Assembly: GCA_010909165.1 (NCBI GenBank)
Contig: MU008164.1
Span: 1,798,001 to 1,862,000 of the forward strand
Length of the DNA stretch: 64,000 nucleotides
Direction: 5' to 3'
Source: Anthoceros angustus
Taxonomy: Eukaryota; Plantae; Anthocerotophyta
In this document: positions 12,419 through 24,200 of the stretch, piece after piece
Position numbering within the stretch: the stretch's first letter is position 1
Layout: every line of letters starts with the position of its first letter
Program-made: the position numbers and the translations under genes
Notes under the pieces: model-generated
The model's database searches: none
What the model was told of the DNA's origin: nothing
Seen by the model: the letters and a program-made list of their open reading frames with translations, nothing else

Positions 12419-14866
12419 TCACGGTCGACCTTACAACTGCTACAACCAGCTGCGAATCGATGCATACGGTACCCATCCCTGACAACAATGTCTTTGGTTC
12501 AAGCCTTGAGATAATCTCCTTGAAATTGTGGCAGTCACAGCACATGCGTGGATTCTTCGTTGCCACCAGAGGTGTCTCACTCAGTGTGCAACAGGCCAAA
12601 CGCCAGAGCTAGCTTCTCAGCATGCCCACAAAGCGCATCTTCCTTTTCATTCTCACACACTGGCTGCAACACCAACTTTGTGTGAGGGACGTGTCTTCCT
12701 TCCTGCTTCACACGGGCATTCGTGCTCTACCTTGAGCGCTATATCCTCTCCTTTCTCCCACCTCATTATCTATGTACCTGCTTATTCACCTCTATGGTCG
12801 CCACTGCAGGTTTCTTGTTAGCTCCTGCTGCCCTTCTCTGTTTTCAATGATTCCTGTCTTCATCGCTCCACATACCTGCACCTGCTTAGGCATTGGCCAT
12901 GAGCACATATGCAGGCGCATCCTTGGGGTCCAGCCTAACAAAGCACCACCTCGCCTTCTCTATATCCCCGTGACCTTTGCAGGCATTCAACAAAGTTACC
13001 AATCCCACAGCATCACTTTGGCCCTCACAAAGCACCACCTCATCTTGTGTGCCTCATCTGAATGGCCTGCACCAAGAAGATCAATCATGCAGGTGTAATG
13101 CTCAATAGTAGGTTTGATACCATGCTGCTCAGCCATGGCATCAAAGAGCTTGCGACCCTCTTGGACCAGCCCTCATGACTGCATGCTGCTAAAAGGCAAG
13201 TAAAAGTACCATCGTCAGGCTGAATACTGGCAAGTAACATGTCCTCAAAACAAGCTAGCGCCTTGAGACCTTCATCACAAGTACCATACCCAGATATCAG
13301 GGCAGTCCACGTCACCACATCCTTTGTATTCATCCTGTCAAAAACCTGGCGTGCCTCTTCCAGTTCACCACATTTTGCATACATGTCCACGAGGCAGTTG
13401 TCCAAGATCATGCCATCTAGCAGTCCTCTTCCCACAATCTGTGAATGCCGCTGCCTTCCCTTGTGGCACCGGTGCTTGCACAGGCCTTCAAAAGGCAAGC
13501 AAAAGTAACATGGTTAGCCAAAGTTAAGCTCTCCTGTTCCATCCGTTCATGCAGAACAAGCGCCTCTTGCCTGAGCCCTTGCTGTGCATACCCAGCTAAC
13601 ATGGCAATCTATGTCACCACATTCTTCGTGTTCATGCTGTCAAAAACCTGGCGTGCCTCTTTCAGTTCACCACATTTAGCATACCCGGCAATACATTCTT
13701 CGTGTTCATGCTGTCAAAAACCTGGCGTGCGTCTTTCAGTTCACCACATTTAGCATACCCGGCAATACATTCTTCGTGTTCATGCTGTCAAAAACCTGGC
13801 GTGCCTCTTTCAGTTCACCACATTTAGAATACCCGGCAATCAGCCCCGTCCAGGTCACCACATCCTCTGAGGCCATGCTGTCAAAAACCTAGCGTGCATT
13901 TTCAGTTCGCCACATTTGGCATACGTGCCCACCAGACTGTTGCCAACAAACAAGTTAGTAGGAATGCCACTCTCCACCACATCGCAGTGCAGTTTTCTGC
14001 CAGATTCCAAGTCAGCGGCAAATGCACAAGTCTGAAGGGTAGCAACAAGGACGTGCTCATTCGCCTCCACTCCTGACCTACGCATCTCATGGTACAGTTG
14101 TATGGCCTCATTAGGTTTCCCGTGCTTAGCATGGGCAGAGATTATGGAAAACCAGATGAAGACATTTGGTCTGCCGACCCTGGTGAATACATCCATGGCC
14201 TGCTGCAGCCTACCTCCACGTGCATACATGCGCAAGATATGGTTCCCCAAGTATGCACTTGACTCGTCGCCCCACAACCAAATCCTTCTTAGCTGTACAC
14301 AGTTTTAGCACAGTGTAAAACAGGGACAGAGAAATAGCAGGGTCTGTCTGCACCAGAGATTCCAGGGCTCCAGAGGCCTCAGAAAGCTGCCCCTGCTGAC
14401 ATAGCATGCTCACGGTTGCAGCCGTTACGACTCCCATTTCCGATCCTCCACGCCTGCCAGGTTCAGGGTTATCTGGAGAGCTCGACTCGAAAAGAGAGGC
14501 ACCATGGCCCATATGCATATCCAAGGAATCGAGCTGCTCATCAACCCAAGCTGGCTTAAACATGTTGTCTAACCACAGCACCTCACCGGACCCCTTACGC
14601 CGGAAGGCAGGCGAACGAAAGCTCTTCTTTTTTCCTCTATTGTCCCACCACATGCTAGGGTCCAGAAAAAATTGTTGCCACAAGTGCTCCTGCTCCTGGC
14701 GACGACGACCGCTGTAAAACCCGTCCCAACCCTCACATTTTGTCGGTAGAGGAACTGCTGGGCTCCTTACACTCCTGCTCCTGGAGGCTTTGTTTGCCAG
14801 GGGTTCACCCCTTACAGTGAGGTGAGCGGGAGCTCCTAGTAGAATCCCTGTACACACAGGCATCAT
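12419..14866 (-). pseudogene. PLS-class PPR-E1-E2-DYW:KP RNA-editing factor with N-terminal OSB-type PDF motif; disrupted
   Basis: PPR motifs ([59 protein letters not shown]) and E motifs are present. KKPAVATIEV lies at 12790-12816, EDALCGHAEKLALAFGLL at about 12595-12640 and TKNPRMCCDCH at about 12528-12560, followed by DIVVRDGYRMHRF. The end TGTAA-GGT-CGA-CCG-TGA gives GRP-stop if one G is restored. In-frame stops and frameshifts are present. Confidence 0.88.
13619..13840. repeat. Tandem triplication of a 74-bp partial PPR motif inside the PPR-DYW gene
   Basis: ACATTCTTCGTGTTCATGCTGTCAAAAACCTGG... starts at 13619, 13693 and 13767. Confidence 0.9.
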
Positions 14867-15282
14867 ACATTTACGTCGACATGCCTGCCTCTATTGGCCA
14901 ATATTCCTGTTGGAATCTTGAAGCACGACTTCCACCCATAGCTGCAGCTGGAGAGTGCCGGCCATTCACTGCATCTGCAAAATAGAAGGAAAGTGGTGAG
15001 TGCTAATTCTGTGCTGGTCATGTTCTCAACCAGAAAAACTTCAAACCTTTTGCAGGAAACGATTAGCAGCCTTCTGGACACTTTCCTTCTGGACACTTTC
15101 GGTACTTCTCTCCGGTCTGAGGTTGTACCCATTCAACTCATCTGCGATCTCGCGCTGGAGGCTACACACGGAGGAAGCCAGCGCGCCCAGGTAACTGGAT
15201 ACTTGCTTGAATAGGTACACACACTTGACAGAGTTGAACATGGAAACTTGTCAAACAGCGAAATCATTTGGTCGGAAAAGAC

Positions 15283-16750
15283 GGTAGGAATGGCTTTAGA
15301 ATAAGTTACTGTTACCTTTGGGAATGAGACTCCATGCACTGTCGAGAATCTTGTGTCTCACCAAGTGCGTTCACAAACCCTCTTCACGGAGCGGAGTCAA
15401 TAAAAATAGTGAAGTAGATGTATCACCTAACAAGGTTGTTCAATGTACTTCACCGTTGCTACTAACTTCGGTCATTGAAAGACCTGCCAGCGCTGGAGTC
15501 TGGCCTGGAAGCTGACTTTCATGACTACCCAGAATCCTGGAGAGTCCAGATTGAGGTGGAAGAAAGCAGGCACTTCACCGTCATTGTTTTTGTGTGCAGA
15601 GAGGCATACAAACTGTAAGCATGTACATCTCCAAGGATAATAGGTGGGACGCCACGGTCCTGACTCAATCACTCTGGTTTCCGTCGAAATGCGATCAAAC
15701 GATTACCCTCAAACGACTGCCCTCTGTCCGCCACAGATATAAGTTTCCTTTCCAGCTCCTAAAGCCCAAAATCGGCCAACTTGTGCCCGTGGTGGCCATG
15801 TCCAAGGCACAAAGTCTCCCTCGCCATGCAAAGATAACTCTTGGCACCGAATCCTTATCTTCGTCAGGACCTTGCTACTTCCCATCCCAAATAACTCGGC
15901 CACTTTTTGAGACACTGGATATTCCTCAGGTTGGTCCATTTTCCTTCGCACAGTTCAACGTTGCACAGAAAACAGATCGGAGGCCAGTCGTTTGTTCGTA
16001 TTAAGACGTCTCTGGGTGAATCAGGGCCGTGGCTTTCCAGTTACTATCCTTGGACCTGTAGATGCTTACAGTTCATTTACCTTCCGCATACAGAACAGAA
16101 CAACGACTTGTGAACGACTGGTGAAGCGCCGCTTTGTTCCGCCTCAAGCTCGAATCTCAAGGATTTTGGGTAATCATAAGAGTCACCTTTAATGCCAAAC
16201 AGCTCTTTGAATGTTAACTCTTCCCTATTGCCTTCTCGCAATCGTCATCCTCCTCATCATAAGCTCGAGAATCATCCTCTTCCTCTGCCGTCGAGTACCT
16301 CTCCTCATCCTCCTCCTCTTCTTCCTCCGCTTCCGCTTCCTCCTCATCATCCTCCTCCTCCTCCTGCTCCCCTTCCTCTTCCTCCTCCTCATCATCCTCC
16401 TTCTCCTCCCTCTCCTCCTTCTCCTCCTTCTCCCCTCCTCCCTTCCTCTTCCTCCTCCTCATCATCCTCCTCCTCCTCTTCGTCGTCCTCCTCTTCCTCA
16501 TCAAACTTCCTCATCAGATTGCTCCACAAACGAGGCTTCATCTTGACGCTGTGTGGATTCAAAGGTTCCGCCAACCGACCATACACAAGACTTGCAGCTG
16601 GAAATGGGGTTTCTCGATCCATGTTTCGCGCAGTTGAAGGAGCTCGTACGTTGTGGTGAATCATTGGTTGGTCCTCCCAGCCTCCGCGCGAGAAGACTGC
16701 CCACAAAGGACGACCCTCGGTCGACCCTCCTCAGCAGCCAGGTCAGTCCA
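15283..16750 (-). pseudogene. F-box family copy F1; F-box internally deleted, acidic tract and C-terminal domain retained
   Basis: GRLAEPLNPHSVKMKPRLWSNL is joined directly to a poly-E/D tract (16215-16510). Downstream sequence is paralogous to 21716-22600. Many frameshifts. Confidence 0.75.
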
Positions 16751-19700
16751 ATGAAGTTCCCAGTCCTCCTCATCCCTGGCGGCTCAGTCTGAGAAGTTCC
16801 GGTTCCGGGAATGACAGAATCACAGCCATTTCAAACCCTTGTGTGACTGCGATTTCTATGGCAGAACTGGCCAGCCAATACCTAGAACGTTTTTCTTTTA
16901 TTAGTGAATATATAGGTATACGCTCCCGTATGCATGCTCTGTCTAACGCCATGTTCGACACTTTCACCAGAAAGGGTGTGGTGACATAGGCGGCACTAGT
17001 GCTGGCTGGGTATGCACAGCGAGGGCTCAGCCAATAGAGCAAGAGGGCCTGATTGTGGCTGACCATGTTACTTTAGCTTGCATGCATTCTGAAGGCCTGT
17101 GCAAGCACTGGCGCCTCACAGAAAGGCAAGAGGGCAGCTGCACTTCCAAATTGTGGAAGGGGACAGCTATAATGTGACATTTTAATGGGCAACAGTACTG
17201 AACTGCAAGATGCACGCCGGGTGTTTGACAGTTGGGCCTCTCAAGGAATGTGGTGCCATGTACTTCCTTGACAGCTGGGTACGCACAGAAAGGGCTCTGT
17301 GAAGAGTGCTTGATCTGTGTGCAGCAACAGAGTAGGAGCTCCTGCTTTTGGCTATCGAGGTTCCTTTTGCTTGCCTTCTCAAGGCGTATGGAAGCACTGG
17401 TGCCTTGCAAGATCTGAGGGCAGGCAGCTGTAATCACAGATTGTAACACGAAGGCTGCTGAAAGTGACACGCTGGTGGGTATGGCGTAGGTATTCTTGCA
17501 ACGATCCATATCCCAGAAATCAGAAGGACATGGGATAGAATTGTAGGTTGTAGATTGTAGATGACCTGTAATGGAAACACTCGTTCGCATAGCCGACATA
17601 CGAAGGACGAAGGGCGGGGAGCTTGACGATGTGGACTACTCTTCAGGTCCCTGCAACTGTGTCCTACCTACCCAGGTCCCAGAGTCAGAGTCCGAAGCTG
17701 CTGCTGCTAGTGGCAACAATTTCGTTTTGCTTGCAGATGGACTCGTTCTCGTGGCCAAACCAGTAGAAAAACCCAGCTTGCATAGTGCAGTTCGGTACAG
17801 GTTGCATTCATACGTCTACCAGGTAAGACTAGTGCCCACAAGCATGTCTTTGTGTGTGCATACACCGTCGGCGTTCCTGCTTGCATCACATAGGGATAAT
17901 CGTCATCGTCTTCCAGCTTTCCACGGTGACATCTTCAGAGGTGAGGAGATGAAGGAATCGACGTGGCTGCCTGTCAAAAGCTGGAAGATTCTACGGATGC
18001 TTTTCTCCAAAATGTCCATACAGATCAAGCCTCTTCATCAACGTCAACAGAGCCCTTGCTTACATTACATGCCCAGATATCAGCAGTACATTCCATGTAC
18101 CCCACCTCTTTGAGTCCGTGAATGACCTAGCGTGCATCTTCCACTTCGCCACATTTATTTGTTTGACTCCATTTTCATGCCCACCAGGAGTCCTAAAACT
18201 ATTTGCATGCCCACCAGGCAGCTGCCCACCAAGCATGTCTTTGTGTGGCCTCCTTGTGTGCATACACCGTCGGCGTTCCTGCTTGCATCACATAGCTGGG
18301 ACAATCGTCATCGTCTTTCCAGCATTCCACGGTGACAGCTTCAGAGGTTAGGAAACGAAGGCATCGATATATACGTCGACATGCCTGCCTCTCAAAAGTT
18401 GCAACGTTCTACGGGATGCCTTTCTCCATTTGTCCATCCGGATCTTGCAGTTGCAAGAATGCCTCTTCATCAACATAGCCCTTGCTGACAGTACATGCCC
18501 AGCTATCATCCTCAGGACATTCCATGTCCCCACCTCTTTCAGTTCAAACCGTGAATGACCTAGCGTACGCGTGCGTCTTCCACTTCGCCACATTTGTCCT
18601 CCATGCCCACCAAGGCACCAGTGCATCCACAGGCCTTGAAAAGGCAAGCAAAAGTAACCTCGGTAGGCTAGCTAAACTAGCCTAGGCGCTCCTACTCCAC
18701 TTATGCACACACATCTAGCGGCTACTCTTTCAGGTCCCTGCAACTGTGTCCTACCTACCCAGGTCCCAGAGTCAGAGTCCGAAGCTGCCGCTGCTGCTAG
18801 TGGCAACAATTTCGTTTTGCTTGCAGATGGACTCGTTCTCGTGGCCAAACCAGTAGAAAAACCCAGCTTGCATAGTGCAGTTCGGTACAGGTTGCATTCA
18901 TACGTCTACCAGGTAAGACTAGTGCCCACAAGCATGTCTTTGTGTGCATACACCGTCGGCGTTCCTGCTTGCATCACATAGGGATAATCGTCATCGTCTT
19001 TCCAGCTTTCCACGGTGACATCTTCAGAGGTGAGGAGATGAAGGAATCGACGTGGCTGCCTGTCAAAAGCTGGAAGATTCTACGGGATGCTTTTCTCCAA
19101 AATGTCCATACAGATCAAGCCCCTTCATCAACGTCAACAGAGCCCTTGCTTACATTACATGCCCAGATATCAGCAGTACATTCCATGTACCCCACCTCTT
19201 TTGAGTCCGTGAATGACCTAGCGTGCATCTTCCACTTCGCCACATTTATTTGTTTGGACTCCATTTTCATGCCCACCAGGAGTCCTAAAACTATTTGCAT
19301 GCCCACCAGGCAGCTGCCCACCAAGCATGTCTTTTGTGTGGCCTCCTTGTGTGTGCATACACCGTCGGCGTTCCTGCTTGCATCACATAGCTGGGACAAT
19401 CGTCATGTCTTTCCAGCATTCCACGGTGACAGCTTCAGAGGTTAGGAAACGAAGGCATCGATATATACGTCGACATGCCTGCCTCTCAAAAGTTGCAACG
19501 ATCTACGGGATGCCTTTCTCCATTTGTCCATCCGGATCTTGCAGTTGCAAGAATGCCTCTTCATCAACATAGCCCTTGCTGACAGTACATGCCCAGCTAT
19601 CATCCTCAGGACATTCCATGTCCCCACCTCTTTTCAGTTCAAACCGTGAATGACCTAGCGTACGCGTGCGTCTTCCACTTCGCCACATTTGTCCTCCATG

Positions 19701-21285
19701 CCCACCAAGGCACCAGTGCATCCACAGGCCTTGAAAAGGCAAGCAAAAGTAACCTCGGTAGGCTAGCTAAACTAGCCTAGGCGCTCCTACTCCAATTATG
19801 CACACACATCTAGCGGCTACTTCTTCACAGAGCCCTTTCACGCGTGCGTACCCATGAGCTGTCTGGACGTCCATGCAGGCACAACACAGGGCGCCGATAA
19901 TGAAGGCAGGATGACACGGAGGAGAACCCCTAGCTAGGCCTTCACAATGTGATATGCCAACAACGGAAAGCGTGAAGGGATTGACTCCAAGTGTACAGGA
20001 GCAGACGGTGTGCACGTACGTGGAGGGAGCCTGTATGTGCAATAGAGGAACATGGTGAAATATTCTTGCTATCAGGAAGCGCCGATGAGGTCAGAATCAG
20101 CTTGTGGGGATACTAGCCCTTGCAAGAGCAGTGGAGGCGAGGTTGTGAACTGGGAAGCGCCCATGACATACAAGCTTAAGGGAGACACTTGCATTTCTGG
20201 CGTATGTACAGCCGAGCGAGGACTCAGCCAAGGGGCCAGGGGGGCCTGATTGTCCGTGTCACTTTTGCTTGTCTTTTTGAAGGCCTGTGCAATACCACTG
20301 GTGCGTAACTTAAAGAAGGCAGGCAGCTGCACTTGCCAATTGTGGAAACAGGACAGCTACAAAGTGACATTCTGGTCGGCAACAGCTAGCCTGGACAGTG
20401 GACATGCATGTATGCAAAATCTGACGAACTGCAAGTGGATGCTGGTGCCTTGCAAGGGGCCTAGGGCAGGCATGGAGGACAAATGTGGCGGAGTGGAAGA
20501 TGCACGCTAGGTCATTCACGCTTTGGACTCAAAAGAGGTGGGGACATGCATATGGAAGGCCCTGATAGCTGGGCATGTAAAGTATATTGGGAGAAAAGCA
20601 TCCCGTAGAATCTGGCAGCTTTTGACAGTAAGACATGTCGACGTACATAAATGATGCCTTCGTCGAGATCCAAACCTCCAAAGATGTCACCGTGCCAGGA
20701 AAGACGATGACGATTGTCAATGTGTGATGCAAGGTAGAACGCCGACACCCGTGTATGCATCACAGTTTTTATGCTTGTGGGCAGTTGCCTGCTCTGGTGG
20801 ACAAAAATGCTCTACTCCACCGTGAAGCAAATGATCTAGATCTAGAGCATCAAACTGTTATCTAGATAACAGGTTGATCATGGCTAACAGAAACCACACA
20901 ATAGTTACTGGTACGAGCTCGTCCGTCAGTGCAGGCCCAGGCCAGGTCAATGTCCAGAAGGCACTATCTGTCCTTGTACACCGATGTCTTTCCAACCATG
21001 TAGAGAACCACCACGAGTAGCCATGAGCCCGTATACATGGAGACTCCATAAACAGGAATTCATACAATCCTACAAGTGTGTGCGTAAGCCTCCGACATTA
21101 ACATCATTGAAACCATATATATCCCATATTTGGACGCGCCGGGTGTTCATATCATCATGGTCCTATCTATCCATGGAGGCCTGCCGATGACACAAACACA
21201 CACACACAGGCTGATCACACTTCTTCCATCACCTTGCACTGGGCCGGGGTTTCCAGCGGACAGAATAATAAAAGCCAGTCTGGCC
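16500..21285. repeat. Left arm of inverted duplication IR1 (partner 34310-38155); mostly degenerate PPR-derived blocks
   Basis: Continuous reverse-complement identity seen along the arm. The ORF track shows mirrored products, e.g. 16770-17066(-) versus 37564-37974(+), and 18348-18647(-) versus 35886-36270(+). Confidence 0.9.
17636..19818. repeat. Direct tandem duplication of about 1.09 kb of degenerate PPR sequence
   Basis: Copies start at CTACTCTT(T)CAGGTCCCTGCAACTG (about 17636 and 18722), and both end ...CACACACATCTAGCGGCTACT. Confidence 0.9.
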
Positions 21286-24200
21286 AGAGACCTGCGACAA
21301 CGGATTCTGCTCGTGTTTGGTAGGACAGTTTATGGACTCTGAACACCGGTCCATCACGACATGTTTTCTCGGAACCACGACTCTTGTCGCTTGCACCTCC
21401 CCCAATCTACCCCTCTGAGGACAATCTCCCAAGTTCTGATATACAGGTGCGCAACTGGCAAGACAAAGTCTTAGAGCGGAGGCCCTCTGCATATGCAAAA
21501 TTGAAGGAAAGTGGTGGGTATCAATGTCTGTGCTTCTCATGTTCTCAACCAAAATTACTTCAGATCTTGTTGCAGGAAACGATTGGCAGCCTTCTGGACA
21601 CTTTCAGCTAGCTACCTCTCGCCGACCAGGCTGAGGTTCTACCCATTCGAGTCAGCTACGAACTTGAACACAGCTTCCAACAGCACACACTTGACAGAGT
21701 TGAACTAGAAACCTGTCAAACACCAAAACCATTCGGCCGGAAGAGAGGGCACGAATATTTGTTCCAGACGAATTCACTCTCGCATTTGGAAATGTGACTC
21801 CATGCATTCTGGAGAAGGTGGTAGCCCACCAAGTGCGTGCACTCCCCGTCATGGTCGAGGACAACGTCCGCAGCAACACTGAAATACATTGTATCACCCA
21901 ACAAGGTTGCTCCATCCAACCGGATCCTCCGATTCCTCGCCCGCCGCTGATACCTCTGCGAATCGAAGAGCACTTTGTGCAAATGCTCAGGCAGAACCGA
22001 TACCTTGCGCCACATATATGGGCTCCTTTCCAGCTCCCAAATCCCAAAATTCACCAAATTGTGCTGGTGGTCGTCTTGTTGAAGGCGCCAAATTCTACCC
22101 GCCACGCAAAGAATTTGCAGATAGCTCTGGGCACCGTATCCATATCTTCATCAGGACCTTGGTATTTCCCATCCCAAATAACTCGGCCACTTTCCAGACA
22201 GTGGATGTTCATCAAGTGGGTCCACTTTGCTTCGCACAGTTGATCAGCACTGCACAAAAAGTACTGAGGCCAGTCGTTTTTCCCACTAAGACGGAAAACC
22301 AGAGTGGTTGAGACAGGGCCGTGGCTTTCCAGCTATCATCCTTGGACCTGTAGATGGTTGCAGTTGGTATGCCTCTCTGCACACACAAAACGATGACAGT
22401 GAAGTCCCCGCTTTCTTCCACCTCAAATTGGAATCTCCAAGATTCTGGGTACTCGTGGAAGTCAGCTTCCATGCCAAACTGAGGTGGCAGCTCTTTGAAT
22501 GTTCTGGTAATAGGATTGGCAACGCAGAAACTCATACCTACTGCCTTCTCGCTCTCGTCATCATAATCTCGAGAGCACTTATGTATGTTCTCTGCTGTAA
22601 AATACCTCTCCTCATCCACCCCTCTTCATCCAAAGGCTCCTCCTCCTCCTCTCCCTCTTCCTCATCCTCCTCCTCCTCCTTCTCCTCCTCTTCTTCATCC
22701 TTCTCATCCTCATTATCCTCATCACTCTCTGCATCATCCCCATCCGCATCCCCATCCTCGTTCCAATGCCTCTCCTCGTCTGCATCCGTGTCATCATCCT
22801 CCTCCCCATCTCCGTTGCAATGCCTCTCCTCCTCCTCCTCCTCCTCCTCTTCGTCTTCGTCTGCGTCTTCCTCATCATCCTCATCATCCCCATCCCCATC
22901 CCCATTCCCCACTCCAGCGCCATAATATGTATTACATACAGACACCAGGAGAGGCTGAGTTTCAAGCTTAGGTCTTTCGGTCTTCGGTTTGTCGAGCTTG
23001 AAAATGCAAACCAGTCCGTCCTTCACAAGGAACTCCCGGGCTCCGAAAGACTGGAATTTGGGAGGAAGAAAGGACAACCAAGCTCCAGAACCTCCAACTC
23101 CCTGTCTCAGACGGCGTTTGAGCGGGCGGCTCGAAAGAAGCCAGCTCGCCAAGCTGGTACTGCAGGCTGCACACCGGTCGAGGCTCCACGGAGTCACACA
23201 AGCGCTTCAAATCTGGGGATGCTAAGGAAGACTGCCAGCCCTTGCAGACGATGGAGAAGCGAATGCGGCTGCCCAATGGCAGCCTGGCCAGAACTGTGTC
23301 CAGACACTCTTGGGGCAGATTGCTCCACACACAAGGCTCCATCTCGAAGCTGCATGGATCCAACGGTTCCGCCAACCGCCCGTGCAACAACTGCAGCTGG
23401 AAATGGGGTTTCCCGATCCATGTTCGGCACGAAGAGCACCTCGTGCTTATGAAGAACATTGGACCTTGGTCCTCCCCATCATCGCCCGCGTTTACATTGG
23501 CAGCCCGTTGCTCCAACCCTCGACCCAGCAAAGTCTCCAACCTCGGATGGGAATCCTCCCACCCTGAATTCCACTCCTTACATTCTTGGCACAAGCGGTT
23601 GATGCGGATCCACGATCTCACGTTCACCATAGACAATTAAGCCAAGACACCGGGGACGGTGTGAAGTTCTCACTCCCGGACACGGGCACGGTACGAAGTT
23701 CCCACTTCGGGGGGAAACACTCTCGGCGGGGAAAGGAGGAACGTCGAAGATTTATCAAGTGGTCTCCACTCAAACCACTCTTCTGACCACAGAGAGTGTG
23801 GGCGCGCCACGACATACATGTCAATGAATTTAGGGCTTACTCATCATGCGCTTCCTCTTGTTCAAGGTTGGTTTGAGGGAGAGTGCCAAGATTGCCTCTA
23901 ATGTAAATGTGACAAAACCAACATGTGCAAACCTTAAATTTCAATGTGACAAAACCACCATGTGCAAACCTTAACCGCCAACGTCACCGACGAGATACGC
24001 ACTGCCCGCGCGGGAAATGCGAGACTTGCTTCACCAGGAATGGAAAGCCGGTGTACCAGTGCTTGGGCACCTTCCGTTCAGCCAATACACATTAATGTCG
24101 CATGGCTGTGTTGTTCATGAAAGTGAGCCCAGAGGCTCCTCTTCACGGAGTGTGCCTTCTCACCTGTGGAGTGGCCACAGGTACGATGATTTCAGTAATA

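Noticed and set aside
16192-16659. Proline/serine/leucine-rich ORFs (also 22308-22971, 39384-39701, 59572-60118) as extensin-like or membrane proteins
   Set aside because: They are antisense or alternative frames of the GAG/GAT acidic tract of the F-box genes.
18664-18690. TAGGCTAG-CTAAA-CTAGCCTA hairpin followed by CTAG as a Helitron 3' end
   Set aside because: It lies within alignable degenerate PPR sequence on both sides, has no GC-rich stem or spacer, and is better explained as a micro inverted duplication.
17027-20763. Long plus-strand ORFs in the PPR-derived blocks (e.g. 17027-17599, 17571-18113)
   Set aside because: Antisense to decayed PPR motifs; their recurrence reflects DNA duplication, not coding constraint.
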